Below are positions 40,236-53,127 of a DNA stretch of 64,000 bases, in pieces (the first letter of the stretch is position 1; each line of letters starts with the position of its first letter). Source of the stretch: Vairimorpha necatrix (lineage: Eukaryota). The stretch lies in NCBI GenBank assembly GCA_036630325.1, contig CP142735.1, forward strand, positions 992,001-1,056,000, given 5' to 3'. Under the pieces are notes generated by a model. That model saw only the letters and a list, made by a program, of their open reading frames with translations. It made no database searches and was not told the origin of the DNA. The position numbers and the translations under genes were made by a program.

Positions 40236-41703
40236 TATAGAAAAATAAATTTTTTTTATAATTATAAAATTAAGGACCACGTTAAATTAATTAAGTACTT
40301 TCGAAAGTTTTTGTGCTAACTTTTAATTGTCAACAAACAATCTAAAATATAAGACTAGATGAGTTTACAATATAAAAAAAAATATTTCTATTCCATTTAA
40401 ATCTCAGTTTTGTCATTTTTCTCAACAAAGCCTTTTACACAAATAGTATCTAAATAGTTCTTATTTTAGTTCTTTTATTGATGTATTTGTTTTCTGTGAA
40501 TTTCATACCTTTCAAACACAAACTTTTTTTCTATGTTGTTTTTGAATTTCTGGTTTGTTATCAACACTAAACTACAGACATTGTCGTAATTACGAATGTA
40601 GTAACAAGTGCACAACTTCAGTTTGTTTCTTTGGGTGACTCATCGTGACAGTCTACTTGAGATCCTAAACATGTTTTTAAGACATATATGACAGATATTG
40701 TCTAAAATATTTCCCTATGTGAAGCAGTAATGTTGATCAAAGTTTGATAGATCACATTTGGTTTTTTTATTAACAATGGGTTCTTTTTTAGTTCATCGAA
40801 GACGTGTTGTTAATGTAAGGATGGTTTTACGACCAAAACACTTATTAAAAGTTCGTAAAACTAAAACAAACTTTAAAGCATAGAAGTTTACATACTTATA
40901 AATAATCTAGATTTCATTGTTATATTAAAAAAAATATAATCATTCTCCTTTTAAGTGTTTATTCATTATGATCATGTAGTGTTACAATTTAAAATTCAAT
41001 ATGTTTATTTTAATATTCTTTTCAACATAAACACACCAAGAAGACAATCTGATGTTTGTTTTAAACAAAATAAATACTATTTTATACATATGTTCATGAT
41101 AAATCAACTTTACGTACTAAGTATAAAACATTAGAACGTTAGTTTAGAGTACAGATTATAATTGTATGCAATCTAATGTTTTTTTTCTAATTTATTCTTT
41201 TTTATCATGTTAATTTAAATTTGTCGTCAAAGGTAATTGGTTTTTATTTCATAGTTTTTGAACTTGAAAAATTTTTATATAAGCATCATATTTCTTATTT
41301 TTAACGTCATGCCCCTATTTAGTTTTTTTTACTATACGTAAAATACCGGATTTTTTTTTATATTATCAAATCGTTAGAGTAGTTTTATTTTGTGCTAATT
41401 GATAAGTATTATACATTGATTCTGTTGAATTGTTTTAATAGAGTTTTTTTTAACAGAATAAAATATGTTTTCAATATAGTATATATACATTATTAGTTTT
41501 TTATACCATGTGTAGTTTTAACATTAAAATTGTTATGAAATCTTTAAGCTTTTTAGCATAAAAAAAGACACATACATTTACAAATACTTTATCGATTTTC
41601 ATAGAACAACTTGCATTGATACCTTAACTTATAACAATGAAGTTAAATGTTTATGATAGATTTATGATATATCATAAAAAAATATAAAAAAGATCGGTTA
41701 AAG

Positions 41704-42665
41704 GGCAGTCTGGTGGCCAAAAATCCCTTAAAAGGAATTTTTAAAAAAATCACCCCAAAAATGAAAAGTCAAGAGGAAAAAAATAAAAACTTAAAAATCA
41801 TTTTAATAATTTTATCAAACAAATTCTCTTCAAAATTTCTTCTAAGCATAAATCTTAACAAAGAACTCTTTATTAATTTTTTTGTTCTATGCCTTATGGA
41901 AGTTTCACTTTTAACAGCGCTCCAATTACCTTCGATAGTATTAGTATGGCATGAATTATTTTTATTAACAAATTCTTTTGAATGATTAACCGTCTTATGT
42001 TGTTGAAAAATTGAACACAACCTAGAATATGAAGAGAAGCAATCACTATGTATGATAGATTCTAGGTTAACATATTTTTTTTAAAAGTTCTTCTAGTGTA
42101 GTTGCTCTTCTATTATCAACAGGAACAAACACAATTTTTCTTTGAGGTGTTCTTTCTACCATTCCGAAAATCCAAACTCCTTCTACCCATGGCCTCTATG
42201 GTATTTTAATTTACCAAACTTACTTTCATCTATTTCCACAACAATCCCAGGTCCTCCTATTATACCTGTTTCGACGTAAACAGAATTTTCGATGGAATTT
42301 ACTGTTAAAGAAATGATTTTTCTTACACTTTTAATGCCAATTCCAAGAAATTCCGCAATAGTTTTATACTTTACATTAACAGACCATGATTTAATAATTA
42401 ATAACATAGTATTAATTCCAAGCTTGTTATTGTAGAATGGAGTGTTTTTTAATAAAGACCATTTACTTCTACATTTAGACCAAGTACATCGAAAAATAAA
42501 ATTTTCATTATATTTTTTACTTATAGAACCACATTTTATACATGATTTGCTTGTTTTTTCAATATATTTTAAAAAAATTTCAAAAAGTTTTTCCTCTTGA
42601 CTTTTCATTTTTGGGGTGATTTTTTTAAAAATTCCTTTTAAGGGATTTTTGGCCACCAGACTGCC
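41704..42665 (-). mobile_element. Merlin/IS1595-type DNA transposon, 962 bp, with perfect 78-bp TIRs
   Basis: 41704-41781 (GGCAGTCTGGTGGCCAAAAATCCC...GAGGAAAAA) is the exact reverse complement of 42588-42665; ISXO2-like transposase inside; no TSD visible. Confidence 0.93.
41769..42608 (-). pseudogene. Merlin transposase (Zn-ribbon, HTH, DDE) with two compensating frameshifts
   Basis: ATG at 42608 after CACCCCAAAA; CIKC..CTWSKC, VEIDESK, VWIFGMVER, HSDCFSSY, TVNHS, HTNTIEGNW. One base missing at approx. 42187 and one extra in the A8 run at approx. 42075-42082. Confidence 0.85.
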
Positions 42666-43341
42666 ATAGCTCCAAAAAGATCCACATAATAAATGATTCT
42701 ATAAATTTAGTTTTTTATTAAAAAGTTTAAATTTAAAACTAGACAAAAATCATGATTTAAAGTATGAAAAATCGTCAACAATCAATATAGTAGACCACAA
42801 GTTATTTCTTTACGTATATTTTTCAAGAAAAAAAAAATGTATATTGTCTTGAAATTATTATAATTTTTGTATAAACTTTTAATATAATAAGTTTTTCGCT
42901 ATTTAACTGTTTAGAATAATTTTGCTCAAATGAAAATTAAAAAAGAATTTTCTGATTTTTTACAAGCTAAAAAACTTTTTTTACAACGAGACTAAACATA
43001 TTATAATCTAAAAACAGAATATCTAGAATCAATATTATTTGTTGTAACAGGACATGTCAATAAATTTCTTAGCAATTTTTTACATATGATTATAATATAC
43101 AAATATCTCTTTAAAAATTTTATCATCCGGCCGATGTATAAAATCATGAAAAATTACATTTCCCATTTTAATAATAATAATTCATTAATAGACTTATTGC
43201 CAAGAGTTTCAAAAAAATAAATTTATTAATAAATATTAAGTTATATTAATTTGTATACGGTCTGTAAGTTGGTTGTGCTATTATAAAAGAAGATTAAAAA
43301 AAAAAGTGTGATAGAGAATAAATCAGAAAGATGCAAAATTT

Positions 43342-44870
43342 ATGATAAAAACGTTTTTGATTATCATTTTAATTCAATTTTGAATTATTTGAGTCTTGAA
43401 ACTAAAACATACAGATTGACTTTTTGTCGAATATCTATAAATCAGAAATGCTTTACTTGTAAAAGATTATGAGACAATCTACCACATTAAGATTCGCTTT
43501 AAATAAAGTATTTGTTGTATATTAGATTAAAATTTTAACGAACTATATAATGATTGCCTATAACATTTCAGATATAACAAAAAAATGACGAAAACCCATC
43601 GTCAAAACTTGTGACATTATACAAACTCAAACGGAATTATTTTAAAAATATTGTATTTAAACCAAATTTTCTAAATTTATAACTTATATGATTAAGCCAT
43701 CAATAATAAATTTCAAAATTAGCAATAAATTCTTAAAAAATAACATTTAAGAAAAATTTGAAGGAATATTTTTAATATATAAAAACGACCAAAATAAATT
43801 TAAAAGTCTGAATTCGATAAAGAGCATTCTCTGAATTTTTAATTTAATGTTATGAAATTTAACGATTAGAAACTTGACCGATATGAAAAGACTCGAAAAT
43901 TTTCATTATATTATTAGAACTAAAAAACAATTTAAACAAACGGCATCGGCTATATTCCCTTATAGCAAATTATACGTTATGTGAAAAAAATATAATAATT
44001 CTAGCTAAAAAACTTAACAATACATAAATCAGACAGAGAAACAAAATATATATATATTATCGACAATTTTTTTTGTGTAAAAAGAATTTATACATGTATA
44101 TTCGTGTAAAATTGTTTTATAATTAATAATATTCAAAGAAAAATATAATTATAGTAATGACATATTATATAAATGCGTTTAAAATATAAAATATTAAATA
44201 ATTAAAGATGCCGATAGAATATACTATTTTTCCTAGAACAGCATTCACAAGTAATAGTAAGCATCAACATTGATGACATTTTGCAAATATTTCGACGAAC
44301 TGATTACATATAACTTATAAATATAAAGTTTCTGCAAAATTAATTTACAAACAATATTCTAAGTAAACAAGAACATTCTAAAAAGATGAAATCATCAAAC
44401 TGTAAGGTCTAGCAAATTTATATTAAGACAGAATTCGAGCAATACTGAACGATGTTATTTGTAAATGACAAAAATATATCTTATGTCGAAGATTTAAAGA
44501 TTTAGGATGAATAAAAGATTTAAAATTAAGTGGCAAAAATATTATTAGACGAAACTTACAAGTAAAGTGTTGTTGATTATTTTTATCTGGACATTAAAAA
44601 TAATTATATTAAAATATTATTCTATAATTAAATGATGGTTCAAAATCGATATATGTAAGATTATCGAAACATGTATTGCATCGTAATAACAGAGGGCTTG
44701 TTTTAGACCAGAAATTATATATACAGCAAGATAAAATAGATGTTCGTAAGGATATTACACTAGCACTTTCATAATATAATGCATATTCAATTTTTTTTAG
44801 TGAATTATTTACAAATTTAAAGACGATTAAAAAATAATAAAACATGAAAAGGTAATAAAAAAAATAATAA
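43342..44870 (+). pseudogene. Decayed probable family A secreted-protein gene (3' end approximate)
   Basis: MIKTFLIIILIQF*IILS signal-like start with a stop; fragments FHYII (approx. 43901), YIPL (approx. 43951) and KDADRIYYF (approx. 44204) echo family A motifs; many stops. Confidence 0.5.
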
Positions 44871-47800
44871 TAAAACCTTATTATATATGTTAGAATTTGA
44901 CTATTATGCCTTAATAATTACAAATTAAATTGAACTAGACATCTTAAAAATAAAGAAAAAATTATGTTTACGGGAGTGTTTATTAGACATGCAATATTTA
45001 AAACTGTATTTTAAGGTCTTTTGTTTTTACTGTTTTTCATAAACAACAATCATGTAAGTTTGCAAAGATTATTCTATACGTATTAAAAAAATAAGGTATT
45101 ATAAGTTTTATTTTGTTTTTTAAATGGTCATTTTATACACAATATCACATGTTATAATATAAAAATGATATGATCCAGATTGTGATATTTAATCGATCGC
45201 AAAATATGCTTTGATGTGAAGTAAAATATTTATAATAGACTGAGATCTGATATCTGATTCTCGCATATAAAAAATAATAAATATAAACCGATTTTTTAAA
45301 ACACAATATTCTTAAAAATCATCATTTTCAACTTGTTCTTTTTACCTATAATAGTAGAATTGAACTTTATTTAAATGCAAGATTAATAAAGGATATAAGC
45401 TAGATCAAACTGTAACTGTATATTTTTAATTTACTAATAATGTTTTATTGGTTATTTTGTGAGCTCTTTAGATTCATATGTCTCAAAATTGCATGAATAT
45501 TCTAACATACACCACCTCTCGTAAAGTAACGTTATCGATAGATACATTTTGTATGCACGAGTTAAATTTTGTAAAAAAAACATGTTGTTCTGCAAAGTTA
45601 TATATACATGTAAAATGAAATCCTCTTAATTCGTAACCATTCAACCTAATAATTTTTTATTTGATATCTTATCTTTTAAAAGTTTCGACCAGCATGTTAC
45701 GGAATTGTGTTTATAGAGTTTAAAGTACAACATGATTATTTAAATTAGTTTTCTGGGGGATTTGTAATTTAACTCTTCAGGTTAACCAAAAGATTTACAA
45801 AACATTGTAAGATTCCATAAAATATGATAACATTGCTAATGCATAATTTTCTAATCTTAAGACGTAAATCAAATGGCTTCAAGCTCTCATCTCTGATCGT
45901 ATGAAGTTTTATGGATAATTTTAATGATTTTTTAGTTACATTTTATGATCGAGAGACCAAGATATATTTAAACAATGTGTATATAATGCGCGCCTTTGTC
46001 GAACTCTGTTTCTATTTTTGCAGGGGGATTTCGATCAAAAGCTTTATGCAACTTAAGGTCTTTGGTTTTTATTTTCATTTAACTTTCACCCCATATATCT
46101 CCCATTTCCTCAATATTATTTTGCACAGGTCGTTCTATCTTTGTAAACTTTATAGTAGACTAGTAAGTTTTAGAGCATAAAATTGGGAAAATCAATTTCT
46201 ATGATTGACAAAAAAATATCCCAGAAAAGACGATAAAATATTGCCAATGGTGGTATATTTCAATAAAGATTTATCTACTATTTTCATTAATTTCTTACTA
46301 AAAATTTTTAGTAAGCTAAATTTAGGAATATTATATTTTAGTGCATCTTATAATTTGGTTCAACAAAATAATAAAAAAATATATAGATATTTTCGCAAAA
46401 AAAAACATTACTTTAGGAATTTTTATATTTGATTAAAATAAATGATTAAAACACATAGCAAAATTTAAAACTGGTTTGTCAATAAGCGATTTGCGAATAT
46501 AGATATAGAGTTAAGAGTAGATAGTGGAATACAAACGAATAAATTGATTTAATACAACGAGCTATTTATTTTATTTATAGACAAAATAATAAGTTTTGTA
46601 AACTTTATTTTTTGAATCTCATGATTAAAAAATATATATACGATAGAGACTAAGAATAAACAATTTACTACTTGATTGATTATCACAGTGTAAGCTTGTG
46701 CAAATGTAAGTCTCGAATAAATCGTATGCAATTTTTGAGGCGTTATCATAACAAGTTCCCCTAATTTATATGCAATAGATCTTTTGTTAAAAGTACACAC
46801 TTGCATATATACAGTCGAAATCTCTACTGTGACTTTGGAATCCGAAATTGATCACCGCCGAAAAATGGAAGCTATTTTGTGACTGAAAACAAAATAAGGA
46901 ACGGAAGATAAAAGAACTTTCAGCTCTTAATAATTATGTTTGTTGTATATTCTGATAATAATCTAAAGAAATGAATTCATTCCACATTTAAATTATGTTA
47001 TATTCGATAAAACTTATTAGTTTTTAACAAAAAGGAATTTTAAAGTGGAATATAGCTTTAGAAAATGTAATTTACATAAACTTCACTGCAAAGGGCTAAA
47101 ATCACACATAGCATTACTTATTTGGTTATATCGAAATAATAATTTAATAATTAAATTATGGTTTATCTCGATTAGGAAAATAGTATTGAACATAAAATGT
47201 TTTATTTTGACGTTTTCGGTTAAAGAATTAAATATCCATAATTCTGATACTTTATAAAATACCGATCGTTTTTTTTTGATACTTAGCTGCAATTAGTTTA
47301 ATATATTTTAATCAGGGTAAATATTTAGTACTAATCAAAAATAAATTTTTACTTGTGTATGGCAACCCAAGTAACAATAAATATGCAAAAAGAAATAAAT
47401 CTAATAAAAAACGAGTCATAATTTCCCATCATAAAAAAAATGAAAATAAAAAAAAAATTACATGTGTAACTAGTTTTATTGTGTTACCGTTGATAAAAAG
47501 AATTTAAAAGGCTGCTTTTACATCAGTAATTCTATTCTGAATTTTTTTTTAATTTTGTGAGCTTTCTCTTTTGTATTTTTTACAAAACAATTGGTTTAGA
47601 ACATACTTAATACCTTAGAAATTATGTTTTTTTAAAAGTGTTTATCCTTCTGTATAGTATTTCTTCAATAAATTGTTTTTATTTTGCTTGGCATAATAGA
47701 ACGAGCCAAATTTGATTAGGTGAATTGCACTTTTTACAAAAATAATACCTAAATTTAAATTAGAAAGTTTTTGTAAGTAGAAAGAAATGATTTAGAAAAT

Positions 47801-48491
47801 TTTATATTGACATAATTACAATGTAAATGATATACATCTCTTTTCAACCAATTAGTTTAAAACAAGCAAAGACAAAATTCCAAAGAAGTTTTGTTTACCA
47901 TTAACAGGGCAAAAATTTTTCTGTAAAGTTTGCTTTCTAAAATTATAAGAGTCCCATTCGCTCTTCAAGGTGGTATATTAAGGTATAAAATTAAGTCTTG
48001 GGAACACTTAAATTCAAATTAAAAATGAAGGTTTTCATAGACTACACATATGTTAAACAATAATTTTTAAATCTTATATTATGAGGATTCAAAAATATTT
48101 ATTTGGTCCAAATAGTTTAACTGAGAGTTTCATAGTGAAATGAGCAAATCCAACATTATACTATTAAGTTTATTTATTTCCTCATTTTTACTTTTTAGTG
48201 TTATGTATAAATCTTTGCTTCAACTAAGTGTATGTAAAATAATATTGATACAATTTAATTCTCTGATACAATATCCTGCCATATTTTTTTCTCCGTAGGT
48301 AAGAAATCCTTGCATATTCACAAAATTGCCTAAAAAATTTGTATTCAGGCATATGACCATTAATTTATGAATTGGATTCTTTCAATTGACAAGATACATA
48401 AAGAGAAAAATTACGTTAGCACTATGTTGCTTACAATATATTCTTGGATTAGAAAAACAAAGCATTACATATGTCTTCTGTTCTAATATCA

Positions 48492-48607
48492 ATTACGGCC
48501 ATATCTATTGTAAAGCACCGGAACTCGTCAGCTCTCCGAAGTTAAGCCAGTAAGAGCCTTGTGAGTACTGAGATGGGAGACTGCTCGGAAAAGCAGGGTG
48601 CTGTAAT
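48492..48607 (+). rRNA. 5S ribosomal RNA (dispersed copy)
   Basis: ATTACGGC...GCTGTAAT terminal helix I; conserved GGCCATA, GCACCGGAACTCGTC, TCCGAAGTTAAGC, AGTACT..ATGGGAGAC and GGTGCTG; ends in a T4 Pol III terminator. Confidence 0.93.
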
Positions 48608-48892
48608 TTTATTGAAATTTAAGATTTATAATTATGATATTATTTTCATTGCTCTTATTCTGTGAAAAGAAAATTACATTATTTAATTTTTTCTTTGCTA
48701 ATGTTTCTTATGATATATAGGGGTCCTAGAAAAAGTTGTTGGTATTTGCTATTTTTTAACTTTATTTAAAACCTATTCAGCACAATGCTATGGTAATTTT
48801 TTTTATTATTCTTCTACATATGCATCTAGTTTAAGTCAAAAATATTGTTGTTTCTATATTTAACTACGTCGTTCTCTATCAGTGTATTGTTA

Positions 48893-49410
48893 TCATATAT
48901 ATAAAAGAATTTTATTTAATTTTTTACCCCTATTTTTTGTGGTTTTGAAATTTCTAAACGATACAATTTGAGCCTTTTACGTTAATATAATATCAAATTT
49001 AATTTTAACGTTTTAATTTGATAATTGTGAGTGCGTATATTATATATTTATGCATTTAATTCATATTATTATTTTTGTAAAACTCAGTTCTAAAATATCG
49101 TCAGAATCGTTTTTTAGAATTTATTTAACCCTTCTAGAAAAATTTTAAAAATAATTGCCAAATAAAGATTTTGAATATAAGTGTCAAAAATTGAGCTTAG
49201 AAGTATTCAAAATTATCTAATTATGATTTTTAAGTGTTTTACAACAACATTACTCCTTATATGTCACTAAAAAGTATTTTTAAAAATCATGTCTAAACTC
49301 TGTCAAATTTAATCGGCCAAAAATGGAAAATTTACAAAATTTACCGAGACGGGACATATTATAAAACAAACACATTTTTCCCGTTTTCAAAACGGGAAAG
49401 CATACGCTAG
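48893..49410 (+). mobile_element. Non-autonomous Helitron, copy 1 (518 bp)
   Basis: Preceded by A, begins TCATATATATAAAAG; subterminal palindrome TTTCCCGTTTT-C-AAAACGGGAAA (49377-49399); ends CTAG; no TSD. Confidence 0.8.
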
Positions 49411-49932
49411 TCATATATATAAAAGAATTTTATTTAATTTTTTACCCCTCTTTTTTGTGGTTTTAAAATTTCTAAACTATGTATTTTGATCTTATTAAGT
49501 TATAAAAATAGTTTTTTTAGATTTAATGTTTCAATTTGATAATTGTAGATGCGTATACTATATGTTAATACTTTTTTGTTTTTTATAAATTTTTTGTAAA
49601 ACTCAGTTCCAAAATATCGTCAGAATCGTTTTTTAGAATTTATTTAACCCTTCTACAGAAAATTGCAAAATATCTGACAAATAAAGATTTTGAATGTAAG
49701 TATCAAAAATTGAGCTTTAAGAATTCTCAAAATTATCGTAATGAGATTCATATGTGTTTTTAACTTACTTTTACGCTTTAGATGTTACTTAAAAGTGTAT
49801 TTTAAAAAGTCAAAAATATACTTTTCAAATTCCTTCTTCGCGAAATGGAAATTCAAAAAAAAGATAAAGGAGGTACTTATTTTAAAGCAAAATTTAAATA
49901 TCCCGTTTTCAAAACGGGAAAGCATACGCTAG
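49411..49932 (+). mobile_element. Non-autonomous Helitron, copy 2 (522 bp), directly abutting copy 1
   Basis: Same 5' start, homologous but diverged body, same 3' TCCCGTTTTCAAAACGGGAAAGCATACGCTAG, followed by T. Confidence 0.8.
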
Positions 49933-50973
49933 TCTCATAAGAAAAGAAACATATATGTTTAATATACCTGTTGGGAATATATTTAACCCCAAATTGACAA
50001 TTATCTATAACAAAGTAAAGAATAAAAAATTATCTAACCCAAATAAAAATCAAAAGAAGAGATTGTAAACACGTCAACTCATGAGACGTGAGAAAAATGA
50101 TTTAAGTCAAAATAAAGATGGTTGGTTTTCGACAAAGAGAAGGTGTTAACTTGTATCAGCCGAATCACGGTTAGGTGACGACGTAGAGGAGCTGTGCATG
50201 GCAAGAAAGAAAATACTCGACTTCAATAATATATGGCATAGGATATGTCCGATTTGGAGGAAGTGGTATATTCCACTATTCACATTTAAGGATATGATAG
50301 CAAGATAGCCGAACCCCCAGTGTTCAAAAATACAGAGAAATTTAAAAAGATAAAAAAATCAAAGGGTACTGTATTGCAGTTGAAGAATAAGAGAACGGAT
50401 ACAAGTTGGTTTTATTATTTGAAGACATGGGTAAATAAAAATCCCATGCCATATTCTTTATTTATTCTAAAAGCGAGAGAAAATACCGTAAAGATTAATA
50501 CAAGGAGGTTTAGAGGAAAGCGGAAGAGTAAAACGCAGCCCATTGTCACTTAACATAAAAATTAACTTTTATTTTAAAAGCCAAGTAGCATTCGTAGGAA
50601 GTAGTAAAGATAATTTTATCACTCAGTTCTAAATTTAGTGCGGGATTTTTGAATATATATTTAATAAATTTAACCCTTATAACTTACTATTATCTTTAAC
50701 AAATGCAATGAATAGAATTGTTAGTAGAAAAAATAATTAACTCTCAATTAGACAACCAATACTGTATAAAAAATACAACTCTATTGTATAAAATACAAAT
50801 TATAGTAACTTTAAAAATTTTAATTTTGATCATTTTACATTAAACAGATTATATATATGTATTGAGAATAAACATAATCCTAAATGCATTAATATCAGTG
50901 AAATGCCATAATTGCATACTATTGATTTTTAAATTCACAATAATACCAATTAAAAATAAATAAAAGATTTATT

Positions 50974-52884
50974 GAGTTAATTTGTCATTAAGATTAAATA
51001 TTCACAGCACAGCTCTCCAAGTATCGCTCATGGGATTCAGCTCTTCACAGACTTTGGTTTCTGTGGAATTCTTTATGTTTTTCAACTATGAATTTTCAGC
51101 TTCATTCATCTTTGGCGACACCGCTTCTTTAACAGTCACCATATTCGCTAGTGCGCTTACAGCTCTAGCCACTTCTTCTTCTCCTGCATCCTCCTGATCG
51201 TATCCTCGTGGTCGTTCCAAAGAGATGGACTCTAAAGTCTTCATTGTCAAAAAGACTGGATTTTTGCTTCAGATAGTGTTGGGTTTTCAGCTTCCTGATG
51301 TACTTTCTGTGATAGTTGGTAATCACTCCATCCCATGTCATTACATAAGAAACTATTCTTGTCCGGGATTTATGTATTAGTCCCAGTTCATTTGCAAGAA
51401 GGTCATATTTTCTTAGTTTTTCATTCTCAACTATAGTAAGTCGACCTGTTTGGTTATACCTACTTCAACTATTAAAGTTTCTTCTTCTTCTTGTTAAACA
51501 CAAGAATATCAGGCTTATTATGGGTCACCTTTATATTAGTGAATATTCTCGTATCTACTCTTATTTCCGCACGATCATTTTCCATGATCTCTTGTACCGA
51601 GTGTCCACGTATTTTTTTTTCTTCTTAACCCCATATTTAATACATAGTGAGAGATGAATGCATCTAACTACCTAGTTGTGTCTTTTCATATAATCAAAAC
51701 CAAGCATTCGATCACACTTAGTAGCTAAATGACCCACGGTCTTCCCATGAGATCCACAATGGGGACATTGTCCCTCTTGTCCACAGAAAAAATATCTATC
51801 CTGTAGGAAGCAGTAAATTGCTTTGGGTCTAGTCGGATTGTTTCCTCTAACCAGCCAGGTAAAAGAGTCCCTAATGCACACTAAATCATCGTCGTCCCTA
51901 CCTTTAAACAATTTTTCGTGGTTTGTAATTATGTCAATTTTGTTGTAAAGCGCTTCTTTTTAGTCTTCTATTAGCATCTTTTGGGTTATCTCTCCTAAAA
52001 AGCCAGCTAAACCTTAGATGCTCGTTAATAATAAACAAGTGGGATTTGCTCTCTACCTATACTTTAAGTATCGCTGCCCGTCTTAGTGAGCTCTTTCTAG
52101 ACCCATCTAATGTTTTATAAATATTCAAAAGCATACTTTCGCTACTATCTTCGATACTTTTTAGACTCTATTAATTTCGAATCTAGGTAAGTATAGTCTT
52201 TCTTTTGAGGCCGGCTGTAGATGGAACTGGTACTTGATAAGTACCTGTCGGATATCAAAATCGAGACTTTTGAAATCTATTAATTCTAATTTTAATAATC
52301 CTACATGATAGTTTATTCTTGATTGGGTGCTCGTTTATAGCTCGAATCATATTCTTACCATTTAATTGAGTCTTGCGCATGTTTTTAACCCTCTATAGGA
52401 TCTCATTTCTTTTTTTTTCAAAAGTCTCTCTTTTGACAGCACTAGAGGCATCCTCTGTTATTCCAAGGTATTGTATCCTTGATGCCCTTCTAGTACTACT
52501 GCATCTTCACTACAATCACTACAGTTAGTTGCAGACTTACTTCTGTTCATTTCTAAACCTACAGATGAGAAAACCTTTTTAGTTTCCTCATTCATCAGTT
52601 TTAAAACGACGTCGTTCTCTTCGAGGAGCTTAAAATCATCAATAAATAGAAGATGGTTTGTTACATAAACACTTTCGTGAGTCTGTATTCCTACTTTTGG
52701 GTAAGTTGAATTCAGTTTCCTTCTCAACGGGTCCATACATAGTACAAACAAAAGCGGCGACAAGGAATCACCTTGTAGTATGCCCTTTTCAATCTTCTTA
52801 TTCAGTATCGTTTCTGATCCTGATTTTATCTCAATGTGCCACCTTTTAACAGTGACTTCTAAGAATTTACTTATCCATTGAGGG
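50974..52884 (-). mobile_element. 5'-truncated copy of the RLE-type non-LTR retrotransposon, with 9-bp TSD
   Basis: Homologous to approx. 24535-26436; GILQGDSLSPLLFVLCMDPL, FIDD, CPHC..HLATKC..RHN, NKPDI, KLRKYDLLANELG; AGATTTATT duplicated at 50965-50973 and 52885-52893. Confidence 0.92.
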
Positions 52885-53127
52885 AGATTTATTAAGTTAT
52901 CTAAATGTATTATCTTAAAATAATACACAAGATACTTACAAATAAATGTTATAATAGCGGATAATATATTAAGACGTTAATGAAGCACCAGATAAAAATA
53001 AGTCGAAAAAAGATGAACTATAATGAAATACATAATGTTTATTAGAAATAAATGCTAAAAGGCATTAAAAAAATTTATCGAAAATAAAATGCGCGGTTTT
53101 TATTGGAAGTCAAAATCCTATTAAACA

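Noticed and set aside
45500-46870. Possible pogo/Tc1 remnant (TACAGTCGAAATCTC at approx. 46810)
   Set aside because: No partner TIR and no convincing DDD/E motifs found.
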